From positions 1,115,075 to 1,147,074 of the forward strand of contig NZ_CP013118.1 of NCBI RefSeq assembly GCF_001443605.1: DNA of 32,000 bases. Direction: 5' to 3'. The DNA comes from Salinivirga cyanobacteriivorans. Lineage in GTDB: Bacteria > Bacteroidota > Bacteroidia > Bacteroidales > Salinivirgaceae. Below the pieces are notes generated by a model, which saw only the letters and a list, made by a program, of their open reading frames with translations, searched no databases and had not been told where the DNA came from. Position 1 is the stretch's first letter. Every line of letters starts with the position of its first letter. The translations under genes and the position numbers were made by a program. Shown one piece after another: positions 9,906 to 17,818 of the stretch.

Positions 9906-10796
9906 TTAAATCAATATTGGGTATTCTATATTTTTTTTATCCCTGGTAAAGCATGCTGCCAATGATGCGGTAGTATGTGTAATGGCCACCATAAGTGGAC
10001 GGGTTTGTTTTTTCATACCCACATCAACAGATAGCACTTGTAACATCTCCGCCTTAATTTCTTTATGCATTTCGGTTACATCAGGGTATTTCTCACATAC
10101 ATTCCAAACGGCCATATCTACAAAAGGCCGGTAGGGCTCCATGATATCATCAGCCAGACAAAAAGCATTGTATCGGTTGTGATGAAATATGCCAAAAGAA
10201 GGGAAAAGGCCAGAACCGGTCAGTGCCCTGGCCACTGCTGCCCGAAGCACAATATAACCGTAATTTAAAAGGGCATTGGGCCATTTTCCATACCTGTCTC
10301 TCAAAAATGACTGACCAAAAATACGTTGCCAGTAAACTCTGGCGGCCATACCTTCGCGATTATCAACATCGCCACTTTTTACCCGGCTTGCCAAATGTGG
10401 CAGGGGATTCGGGTCAGCTCCAATTTTCTCCAGCAATTTAGCCTGGTTAGCAATTTTGGCTGCTACAGTTTGCTTCCATAAGTTTTTCTTCAATGGTTCC
10501 GAAGCAGTAATTTGTTGACGATAAATTTCAGTTTGTTGATGATGCCCTTCCATATTGAGCAGCATAGATTGCGGATGATGCCGGCTATCGCAGAAAACAA
10601 CAGCTACATTGTGATTCATGAGTTCTTCAATTAATGGCGATGAAACAGTAATTTGTTGGTTTTCAAGGATCATGAATCCAATATCTTCAACAGGTACATT
10701 TTTAACATCACTACCATTTTTCGGATCAAAAACCAGTTGCATATCTTTAACTGATAAAAATCCGGGGCTGGAGAAATAAATTGTACGTTTCAACAT
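9906..10796 (-). CDS. cas1: CRISPR-associated endonuclease Cas1 (type II)
   Basis: The 296-aa ORF carries conserved Cas1 motifs: NALLNYGYIVLRAAVARAL and FHHNRYNAFCLADDIMEPYRPFVD. Confidence 0.92.
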   Translation of the reverse strand: MLKRTIYFSSPGFLSVKDMQLVFDPKNGSDVKNVPVEDIGFMILENQQITVSSPLIEELMNHNVAVVFCDSRHHPQSMLLNMEGHHQQTEIYRQQITASEPLKKNLWKQTVAAKIANQAKLLEKIGADPNPLPHLASRVKSGDVDNREGMAARVYWQRIFGQSFLRDRYGKWPNALLNYGYIVLRAAVARALTGSGLFPSFGIFHHNRYNAFCLADDIMEPYRPFVDMAVWNVCEKYPDVTEMHKEIKAEMLQVLSVDVGMKKQTRPLMVAITHTTASLAACFTRDKKNIEYPILI

Positions 10797-10815
10797 AACT
10801 TCGTTTGTTTTTCAA

Positions 10816-10840
10816 ACCCGGCGTGTTTTCAAAACACACC
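10816..10840. repeat. REP-like palindromic hairpin, copy A (partly degenerate)
   Basis: The sequence is acccggcgtgttttcaaaacacacc. Its reverse complement matches copy B at 12801-12825 except for the central base. It sits between the Y1 transposase stop and the cas1 start. Confidence 0.7.
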
Positions 10841-10870
10841 TAGTTTTATGGTGTACATTGTGGCTTCCAT

Positions 10871-11511
10871 TTAAAAATCAATATATTTAAGCGCTACGCT
10901 TTTATTAACCAATGTTCCATTCCTTAGCCCTGCATAATCTTTTGCCGACGAAAATTCCCATTCTTCAGGCTTCGCAACCAAACCGGCTTTCACCGGATTT
11001 TGATGAATATAGTTAAAGCAAGCTTGTGGATACTCTTTTTTGGGGTTGCTTACATGAACTTGCGTACCAAATTCGGTTGTATAAAACGTTGGTGTGATAC
11101 CGTTTGGGCAGTTGATACATTCGGCTTTGGTGGTTTTACGGAAAAGTGAACCCGAACGGTTTTGCTGTTTGTTGATCGCGTTAGTGTATGACCGCAGCAT
11201 GATGCCGATAGAATGCTTTATGGTTCGAGAATTCCCGGAACCGAACGTTTCATGCCTGCTACCGAGGGTTTCGCTTGGAGCGAAGCCCTCGGTACGTCTG
11301 CGATTTTCTTCCTTAACGGGTAATTTTACATCATTCACCAACACCATCAAATGAAAATGATTCGGCATCAGGCACCAGGCTAAAATATCACAAAATGGCA
11401 GCATATATTTCCTCACTTTTTTCAAAAAGAAAAGATAATTCTCCCTCTCAAAAAACACTTTACCCCGGTTGTTTCCCTGGTTGTAAATGTGGTATATGTA
11501 TCCTTTTTCGA
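10871..11511 (-). pseudogene. HUH/Y1 tyrosine transposase (RAYT / IS200-like, PF01797-type), 5' end severed by the IS3 insertion
   Basis: The ORF has the HUH motif (MPNHFHLMV) and the catalytic Tyr motif (YIHQNPVKAGLV). The reading frame stays open upstream of the tracked start through GYIYHIYNQGNNRGKVFFEREN, up to the IS3 end at 11511. Deleting the IS3 and one TSD copy joins the frame to ATG GAA at 12781-12786 (minus strand), giving MEIEKGYIYHIYNQGNN... (about 215 aa). Confidence 0.7.
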
Positions 11512-11568
11512 TGGAGTTGCTACATTTGCCCGGACATATAGTTAAGCCTAAAGAACTAGATTTGCATT

Positions 11569-11889
11569 ATGAGTGTACGAAGAAAGAAGTTTGACAAAGA
11601 ATTTAAAAAAATGGCAGTAGAGCTTTGTCAGACACAGCAAAACAGGCCAAAAAAGGAAATTGCACAAGAGTTGGGCATTACAGACAACATGTTAAACCGT
11701 TGGGTCAGGGAGCATGATAAATATGGAGATAACAGCTTTGCTGGACAAGGCAGGCCTGTGATGACCGACAAGGAGAAAGAGCTGGCACAGCTTCGAAAAG
11801 AACTGCGGGAAACGCAAATAGAGCGCGATATCTTAAAAAAGGCAGTGAGCATTTTCTCCAAGGGCGACAGCAGAAATACGAATTCATAA
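11569..11889 (+). CDS. IS3-family transposase OrfA (HTH DNA-binding part)
   Basis: The 106-aa ORF has an IS3 OrfA-like sequence (KKFDKEFKKMAVELC..., leucine-zipper-like C-terminus). The slippery site lies near its 3' end. Confidence 0.85.
   Translation: MSVRRKKFDKEFKKMAVELCQTQQNRPKKEIAQELGITDNMLNRWVREHDKYGDNSFAGQGRPVMTDKEKELAQLRKELRETQIERDILKKAVSIFSKGDSRNTNS
11835..11841 (+). other. Programmed -1 ribosomal frameshift heptamer A AAA AAG of the IS3 element
   Basis: AAAAAAG lies in orfA, and orfB is in the -1 frame relative to orfA. This is the classical IS3-family OrfAB fusion signal. Confidence 0.6.
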
Positions 11890-11891
11890 AC

Positions 11892-12746
11892 ATGTACCAG
11901 CAAGAATTTGCTGTTGAGAAAATGTGTAAAGTGCTGGGGGTGGCAAGAAGTAGTTACTATGCATGGTTAGAAAGGAAACCATCAGCGAGGGTCATGGAAA
12001 CGATAAGGTTGATGAAAAAAATCGGAGAAATATATCATGATAATAAAGGGCGTTACGGGAGCCCAAAGATAACCGATGAGCTGAATGAGCAGGGGTTTCA
12101 GGCATCGCGCCCGCGTATTGGCAGGATGATGAAGAAAATGGGGCTTCGGAGCATTACCCGCAAAAAGTACAGGGTAGCTACGACGGATTCAAACCATGGG
12201 TTCCGGATAGCTGAAAACATCCTGAAAAGGGAGTTTTACCAGGAAGAGGTTTCTAAGGCATGGGTATCAGACATCACATACGTCCCCACGGCAGAAGGGT
12301 GGTTGTATTTGACCATCATCATGGACTTATTTGACCGTAAAATCGTGGGATGGTCGCTTTCAGAAGACTTAACCACTGAGGCTACGATCATCCCGGCCTG
12401 GCAAATGGCCAAAACCAACCGGCCAGTAGCACCCGGGTTGATTTTTCACTCTGACAGGGGCGTGCAATATGCCGCAGATAGCTTTAGAAAAGAATTAAAA
12501 GGCAATGATGTGGTTCAAAGCATGAGCCGCAAGGGCAACTGTTGGGACAATGCAGTGGCCGAAAACTTCTTTAAAATCATCAAGTCCGAGATGATTTATC
12601 ACTATGATTACCGCTCTGTAAAACAAGCAAAAAACGCAATTTTTGAGTTTATAGAAGTATGGTATAATCGAAAAAGAAAACATGCTTACCTGGGATATAA
12701 AACACCAGAAGCTTTTTCAAATTTTTTAAATATGAACGCGGCTTAA
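11892..12746 (+). CDS. IS3-family transposase OrfB (DDE/RNase H-fold integrase core)
   Basis: The 284-aa ORF has a DDE region: WVSDITYV, HSDRGVQYA and NAVAENFFKIIKSE. It is probably expressed as an OrfAB fusion. Confidence 0.88.
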   Translation: MYQQEFAVEKMCKVLGVARSSYYAWLERKPSARVMETIRLMKKIGEIYHDNKGRYGSPKITDELNEQGFQASRPRIGRMMKKMGLRSITRKKYRVATTDSNHGFRIAENILKREFYQEEVSKAWVSDITYVPTAEGWLYLTIIMDLFDRKIVGWSLSEDLTTEATIIPAWQMAKTNRPVAPGLIFHSDRGVQYAADSFRKELKGNDVVQSMSRKGNCWDNAVAENFFKIIKSEMIYHYDYRSVKQAKNAIFEFIEVWYNRKRKHAYLGYKTPEAFSNFLNMNAA

Positions 12747-12797
12747 TCTTTTGTCCATTTTTTTGTTGCAATTCCACGATTTCCATAGCATTTTTTA

Positions 12798-12828
12798 GAC
12801 CCGGTGTGTTTTCAAAACACGCCGGGTC
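12798..12828. repeat. REP-like palindromic hairpin, copy B
   Basis: The sequence is gacccggtgtgttttcaaaacacgccgggtc, with 15-nt arms and one T:G position. It lies between the cas9 stop (12842) and the displaced ATG of the Y1 transposase gene (12784-12786). It is inverted relative to copy A. Confidence 0.75.
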
Positions 12829-12841
12829 TTTTATTTTTATT

Positions 12842-15800
12842 TTATATTTTTTCGATTTGGCCGAGGATATTGATTTTAATTTTTATTGGATGAACTTTCT
12901 CCCAGGCAGTAAAACTTGCAATTCTAATTTCCTCCTCCTTTTTATTAAGTGTTGAGGCAAGATGAAATCTAAATGAATAATCACCGCCAGAAACTTTTTG
13001 TACTCTATACAAATACTTACTCAAAATCTTTTTATCAATAGTTAAAAGATTATTTGCTTGTTCGCTATCTAGTCCCAATAAAAACATATCGTTTACTTCT
13101 AAAGTTGTAACTTTCTCTTTACCATCTGGTGGGAGCTGATACACATCTTCCTTTTGACTTTTTCGCTCCACAGCTTCCCATAGAGTCACAACACTTTCAC
13201 GTAACTTTCCTTCATTATCTCGATAAATTAAAACGTGATGGTTATTACGGGGATTCACATACTGATTCACGTTTTCAGAAGGCTTTAACATTTCTGTATT
13301 GCCTAAATTCTCTCTAATGCGAACCTTTTTTATAGGAACCCTGTCACCATTTTTGTTCGGAAGGGTATACAACAGACGGATTTCTTCTTCTAAGCTTTTA
13401 ATTTGCTCATCAATGTTTTTTTCTTCTATATCGCCAGCTTTTGTCCGATCTTTTTGTAAAGCTGTAATTTGTGCTTTCAAAATCTTTTCTCTTTCGCGGG
13501 CATGTTTTACAATTCTTTTAACATTCTCATCTACAATTTTATCTAATTGGTTATCTTTTAAATCCTTAAGAAATTTGCGCTTATGGAAAGACTGTTCTCC
13601 CATTGGAGGCTTTCTTTTGCCGTAAATATATTTTTTATGTAATTCACCACGAACCGCCTGTCCTTCACTTAAAAATTTCTTTCCATTCTTCTCAATAAAC
13701 ATTTTAACTTTTTTTGTAACAGTATTGTCTTTATGATATGAAACTAAAATGTTTCCAGCTATTTGTTTGGCTTGTTTGAAAAAACCGTCCCATGGTTCAT
13801 CAAAAGATGGTTTTTCTGCTGCATTCCCTTTTTGGAGTGTATCTTTTTCAGCATTGTACCGGTTCAATTGGTTGATAATATTATAATCTGTAAGAGCAAT
13901 GGTTATAGCATCAATAGCATGATGCCTGTGATCATCCCTATTCTTTTTCGGATCAAAGCGAATTTCTCCGGTTTTGTGATCTACCCATACTTTACCTTCA
14001 ATTAGTTTTTCATTGTCATCAATTTCCGGCGGCTTGTTTTCAATAGCAGTAAACTCAGGTTCAGCAGACAAGATATTAAGTACTGCCCAATACCTTCCGG
14101 GTTTTTCATCCCAATCAAACTGCAACTGCATATCATGAATGGCGGTAAATTTCTTTTCTTCATTCACATCTCCTAAAACCAGAATTTGATTTTCTCGAAT
14201 CTCAGGTTTCTTGTTTTTAGTTGGAATAAATTCAACATTATCAAAATCTAAATCAAGCAACACCCAGTATTGGCCATCCTTCAAATCTGTTTCGCACTGG
14301 TATATGTATGATGTAAAATGATTATCTTTTACCTTTCCAAAAAGGCAAATTCCATTTTTATTCTCAGGTCGTTTATTTTTCTCCGGTATTTCAAAACCTT
14401 TATCAATTATCTTAAATTTCGCCCAATATTTACCATCTTCGAGATTTTCATTCACATCAACGCGTTGCTTCAAACTATCGTGCTTAAATTTATTTCGATT
14501 AATCAATCCCCTTAAAATAACTTCATTATCCGCATATTCAGGCTTTTCAATATATTGCCTTATTGTTTCAACAGGATTTGAAACAGGAAATTTTACATAA
14601 TATTTGCCATCGGGTATTTCAGGAGCATCAAACTCAAGATTAAGTCTCTGCGATTTAAATTTATTTTTAGTGACATTTCCTGCAACAACCGTTTCACCTT
14701 CTGCGACATCAGGTCTCGGGTTATTGGTAGGATATAATTTTCTAATATTCTTGTTTTCGTCAGTTACAGCCCAATATGAAAGACTTTTATTCTCATCAAT
14801 ATCGAAATTGTCTTTAGGCAATCCAATTGTTGGTTGAAGTATATTATTTAAACCCCACAATCTTCTGAGGTCTGCCGTTACAGCACCTGGCATAACTAAA
14901 ATCTCATTACATACTTCAGAAAGCACTTCTTTGGTTTTCCTGCTTATATATCGATCGTCATTCAATTGGCGGGAAATAAACTCTTCTGTTTTCCACTCTA
15001 GTTTTTTTGTAGTAAATCGCTTTGCCTTATTAAAATGTAAAATATTGTACGCTCTTTGTTCAATTTCATCCCAACTGGCAGCGCCCCACAACTTTTTATC
15101 GCTATTTTTTAAATAGAATTGATATGGAGTTAAGTTGCCTTTTAGTTGATTAAACTTTGCATCGCATAATGTTTTATTAGCAAAACTATCATCTTGGGAG
15201 TAACTTCTTGGAATAATATGTTCTATTTGAACCTTATTCCCCACTCCCAGCAAATCGCTAATATTTAAAGCCTTCCCGGTATATGGACAAATAACCTTGC
15301 CTGTTTTATCTTGAATTTCATTAAAAAGAAGCACTTTTTGAATGTTTTGTCTGGAAGGTGCTAATTGATATTCTTTTAATATTTCGCGCACATTTTCATT
15401 AGCCTCGAAGTTCTGTCTAATCGCACGAGATAATTCATTTCGGCCTTTTTTGCCCAATTTCATTTCCCGTCCCATCTCTACTACAATCCTGTCAAATTTT
15501 CCATGTTTTTTCAATAATTCATTAACCATTCGTCTCATTTCTTGCACTGCCCGCTGAACAATGGGATTTCTCAGATTTTCAATTTCCGATATTTTATCTG
15601 ACTTTTCCTTTTCTTCAATTTCCTGACTATGATGATAGAGTTTTTTTAATGCCGGAGAATTCTGTTCAAACCCATATTCATTTATTGGATTAGTTAAATA
15701 TTCCTTTATCCGCTCTATTGTTTCTCCCTGTTTATTTTTTTGATTTATTATAGAAAGAATATCTTTAACTATTGTATCGTGATCATCTTCGAACCTATCC

Positions 15801-17422
15801 CATCGTGGAACTTCATCGCTTTGTACTTTATAATTAAAAGCGTTCTTAACTCCTCCTAAAACAACCGCCTGATTATATAACAATCCTCGCTTCAAGAATG
15901 GTAAGATATTGCGAACAGCTTTCAGTGATATACGGGCATATGCATCATCTTTAATACTAATTTTTTTAATATCATCTAAGGTAATCTTATCTTTTAATTC
16001 GTAAGCTTTTGCATTTGACAGCTTTTTAAATAATAATTCAGAATCATCATAAAAATAGAAGTCATGCCAGATATTGTGATAGTTCTGTGTCCAGCCACTT
16101 CCACTAAAAAGCTTACTTAATTGTGCAATGGTAGGACACCCTTCAACTTTGTCATCATCTTTATAATTAAAATTCTCATGCGACATTTGCAGCAATTTGA
16201 TAATATCTGCAAATTTCACTGCTGATTTCTTTGTTTTTAGGTAGCCTATAATTTTCTGTTTTTGCTCCAGAGGTAATGGTATATTATTTCCAAATTTTAT
16301 TGTATTTACATATAGCCAGGCCCTATAAATTTCAAAGTCAGGATGTGAAATTGATACCGGCGTCTTATTCTTTTCATAACGACATTTCCCCAATAATTTC
16401 TTTTGAGATCGCAAGGGTCGCTGATAAAACAAAACACTATCCTTATTATCAAATTTAACTTTATCATCCTGAAGTTCAATTCTTCCTCCTAAATGATCGT
16501 GTAATGATATGTTTTTATAAGAAGTTACACGAGTTAGTTTTTTATTAGCATTTTCCCTCCGAATAATAATCTCATCTATATCAACTTTATCGCGGTGTTT
16601 TTTCAAATACTCTATCTTTTTTGCATTTCTGTTCCGGGTTTTCCCTCCATTCAAAAAAACAATTTTCTTTTTTGTAACATTAACTTTATCCAGCCCAAGT
16701 CTTTTCGCTTGTTGATTCCATATTTTTTCAAACTCCTCAACATACATATCCCGTAAAGTATATCTTCCTCTTATTCTTAAGTCATCACCCTTCTTGTCGC
16801 GCATATTTTGAAATGATTCGTTGTCTTCCGGGTAAATAGAGTAAAGGTATTCACCAAGGGTATTGCTATTTAAAGCTTCTTTAGTATCATCAATACCAAC
16901 CATATTTTCTTTACCGGTGTAAATTTTTCCGGTATCTTTTTCCTTGCGGGAACTCAAAAAACCTCTTCGCTGAATCATATGATACAACAATCGGCCAAGC
17001 TCCATTTTGGTTAATTCTCCATTAACACCTCTATTTCGAAGATCATAAGGATTGAGAGTTAACCATTCAGAAAACCTCTCGTTTTGAGGAAAATGTCTTC
17101 CTTCACTTTTCTTACTTTTATCCCAATGTTTCCAAACCATCAACTGATCTTTAGTCAACGGACACATATCTTGCTCAATTAGTAACTCTAATAACTTTAT
17201 TTTCCTGAACCTTCGTCTTGCAACTTGCCGTCTAATCTGCCTGTTTTCTGTTCGCAATGCATTTTTTGATTTTTCTCTTCCCTCGCCTTCATTTTTATTT
17301 ACAACACCTTCCGGAAAAATCCTTACTCCGGAATCTTCAATTTGTTCTTGTTCTTTATCCACCACAGCCCATCCAATGCTGTTGGTGCCCATGTCTAATC
17401 CTAAAATGCGTGTCATATGCAA
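12842..17422 (-). CDS. cas9: Cas9 endonuclease, type II-C, unusually large (1526 aa)
   Basis: RuvC-I is ILGLDMGTNSIGWAVV (aa 6-21). The Arg-rich bridge helix is RRQVARRRFRKIK. RuvC-II is RIVVEMGRE (about aa 645-652). HNH is QIEHIIPRS...NKTLCDAKFNQLKGN (about aa 732-763). RuvC-III is DHRHHAIDAITIA (about aa 1164-1176). cas1 and cas2 lie downstream, and no csn2 or cas4 is visible in the window. Confidence 0.97.
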   Translation of the reverse strand: MHMTRILGLDMGTNSIGWAVVDKEQEQIEDSGVRIFPEGVVNKNEGEGREKSKNALRTENRQIRRQVARRRFRKIKLLELLIEQDMCPLTKDQLMVWKHWDKSKKSEGRHFPQNERFSEWLTLNPYDLRNRGVNGELTKMELGRLLYHMIQRRGFLSSRKEKDTGKIYTGKENMVGIDDTKEALNSNTLGEYLYSIYPEDNESFQNMRDKKGDDLRIRGRYTLRDMYVEEFEKIWNQQAKRLGLDKVNVTKKKIVFLNGGKTRNRNAKKIEYLKKHRDKVDIDEIIIRRENANKKLTRVTSYKNISLHDHLGGRIELQDDKVKFDNKDSVLFYQRPLRSQKKLLGKCRYEKNKTPVSISHPDFEIYRAWLYVNTIKFGNNIPLPLEQKQKIIGYLKTKKSAVKFADIIKLLQMSHENFNYKDDDKVEGCPTIAQLSKLFSGSGWTQNYHNIWHDFYFYDDSELLFKKLSNAKAYELKDKITLDDIKKISIKDDAYARISLKAVRNILPFLKRGLLYNQAVVLGGVKNAFNYKVQSDEVPRWDRFEDDHDTIVKDILSIINQKNKQGETIERIKEYLTNPINEYGFEQNSPALKKLYHHSQEIEEKEKSDKISEIENLRNPIVQRAVQEMRRMVNELLKKHGKFDRIVVEMGREMKLGKKGRNELSRAIRQNFEANENVREILKEYQLAPSRQNIQKVLLFNEIQDKTGKVICPYTGKALNISDLLGVGNKVQIEHIIPRSYSQDDSFANKTLCDAKFNQLKGNLTPYQFYLKNSDKKLWGAASWDEIEQRAYNILHFNKAKRFTTKKLEWKTEEFISRQLNDDRYISRKTKEVLSEVCNEILVMPGAVTADLRRLWGLNNILQPTIGLPKDNFDIDENKSLSYWAVTDENKNIRKLYPTNNPRPDVAEGETVVAGNVTKNKFKSQRLNLEFDAPEIPDGKYYVKFPVSNPVETIRQYIEKPEYADNEVILRGLINRNKFKHDSLKQRVDVNENLEDGKYWAKFKIIDKGFEIPEKNKRPENKNGICLFGKVKDNHFTSYIYQCETDLKDGQYWVLLDLDFDNVEFIPTKNKKPEIRENQILVLGDVNEEKKFTAIHDMQLQFDWDEKPGRYWAVLNILSAEPEFTAIENKPPEIDDNEKLIEGKVWVDHKTGEIRFDPKKNRDDHRHHAIDAITIALTDYNIINQLNRYNAEKDTLQKGNAAEKPSFDEPWDGFFKQAKQIAGNILVSYHKDNTVTKKVKMFIEKNGKKFLSEGQAVRGELHKKYIYGKRKPPMGEQSFHKRKFLKDLKDNQLDKIVDENVKRIVKHAREREKILKAQITALQKDRTKAGDIEEKNIDEQIKSLEEEIRLLYTLPNKNGDRVPIKKVRIRENLGNTEMLKPSENVNQYVNPRNNHHVLIYRDNEGKLRESVVTLWEAVERKSQKEDVYQLPPDGKEKVTTLEVNDMFLLGLDSEQANNLLTIDKKILSKYLYRVQKVSGGDYSFRFHLASTLNKKEEEIRIASFTAWEKVHPIKIKINILGQIEKI

Positions 17423-17428
17423 TTATTT

Positions 17429-17460
17429 TTTGTTTTTTCTGTATTCCTTTTTTATATTTG
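17429..17460 (+). promoter_or_regulatory. Candidate Bacteroidota-type promoter of the tracrRNA (-33 TTTG / -7 TATATTTG)
   Basis: TTTG at 17429-17432 and TATATTTG at 17453-17460 are separated by 20 nt. The element lies only 7 nt upstream of the divergent cas9 start codon (17422). Confidence 0.45.
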
Positions 17461-17463
17461 TGT

Positions 17464-17538
17464 ATTACATCTTATCACAATAAGGCTATATGCCGAAGGT
17501 GTTAAAACCTATACTCCCGCTTCGGTGGGAGTTTTTTT
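17464..17538 (+). ncRNA. tracrRNA (compact, about 75 nt; 5' end uncertain)
   Basis: The anti-repeat ATTACATCTTATCACAAT (17464-17481) pairs with crRNA repeat positions 1-17 as 8 bp, a UU/UU mismatch, then 7 bp, including two G:U pairs. A nexus-like AAGGCTATATGCCG follows immediately (compare SpCas9 AAGGCUAGUCCG). The RNA ends in a terminator: CTCCCGC-TTCG-GTGGGAG plus T7 (17514-17538). Confidence 0.75.
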
Positions 17539-17818
17539 ATGATCATTTTTAAATGCATTATACTTTATTGTACCGACAACTAGTGTCGGTCCAAGCTAAA
17601 AATGACTCAATACTATTAAATATCAGAACATCGGTTTTCGGTTGGTTAATTTCAAGGGCAGTTTACCAAAGTTAATAATAAAAATCCGGAAACAATGTTA
17701 TTTCACTTTCTTTCATGAAAAGGCGGTATAAACTAAGAGTACATAATTTTTTACTCCAATGCAAAACGAGCAGTTAATGGACCTAAAAAAATGATTTTTT
17801 GAATTGAAGGTTTTAAGC

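Larger units (their letters stand above)
11512..12776 (+). mobile_element. IS3-family insertion sequence (1265 bp) nested in the Y1 transposase gene
   Basis: The imperfect terminal IRs start with TG and end with CA: TGGAGTTGCTACA...GGACA at 11512, against the reverse complement of 12776, TGGAATTGCAACA...GGACA. A 3-bp direct duplication CGA sits at 11509-11511 and 12777-12779. orfA and orfB are in a -1 frame arrangement. Confidence 0.8.

Noticed and set aside
11628-11903. Two minus-strand ORFs (91 and 62 aa) overlapping IS3 orfA
   Set aside because: They are antisense to a well-supported IS3 OrfA and show no motifs.
12798-12840. Hairpin B plus downstream T-run as the terminator of IS3 orfB
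   Set aside because: It lies outside the IS3 right IR (which ends at 12776). It has an inverted twin at 10816-10840, so it is better explained as an end of the Y1/REP-like unit. A secondary terminator role on the + strand is not excluded.
13129-16458. Numerous 60-108 aa + strand ORFs within cas9
   Set aside because: They are antisense ORFs in an AT-rich gene, with Phe/Ile/Leu/Ser-rich low-complexity sequence. The 1526-aa Cas9 frame explains the region.
17257-17505. 82-aa + strand ORF spanning the cas9 start and the tracrRNA region
   Set aside because: It is antisense to the cas9 5' end and overlaps the promoter and anti-repeat. It has low complexity and no coding signal.
17679-17697. Sequence ataaaaatccggaaacaatg resembling the IS1634-like terminal IR (aataatccggaaaacagg)
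   Set aside because: The match is only about 12-13 nt with an indel, and there is no partner IR or TSD. It could be a solo IR relic, but the evidence is too weak to call.
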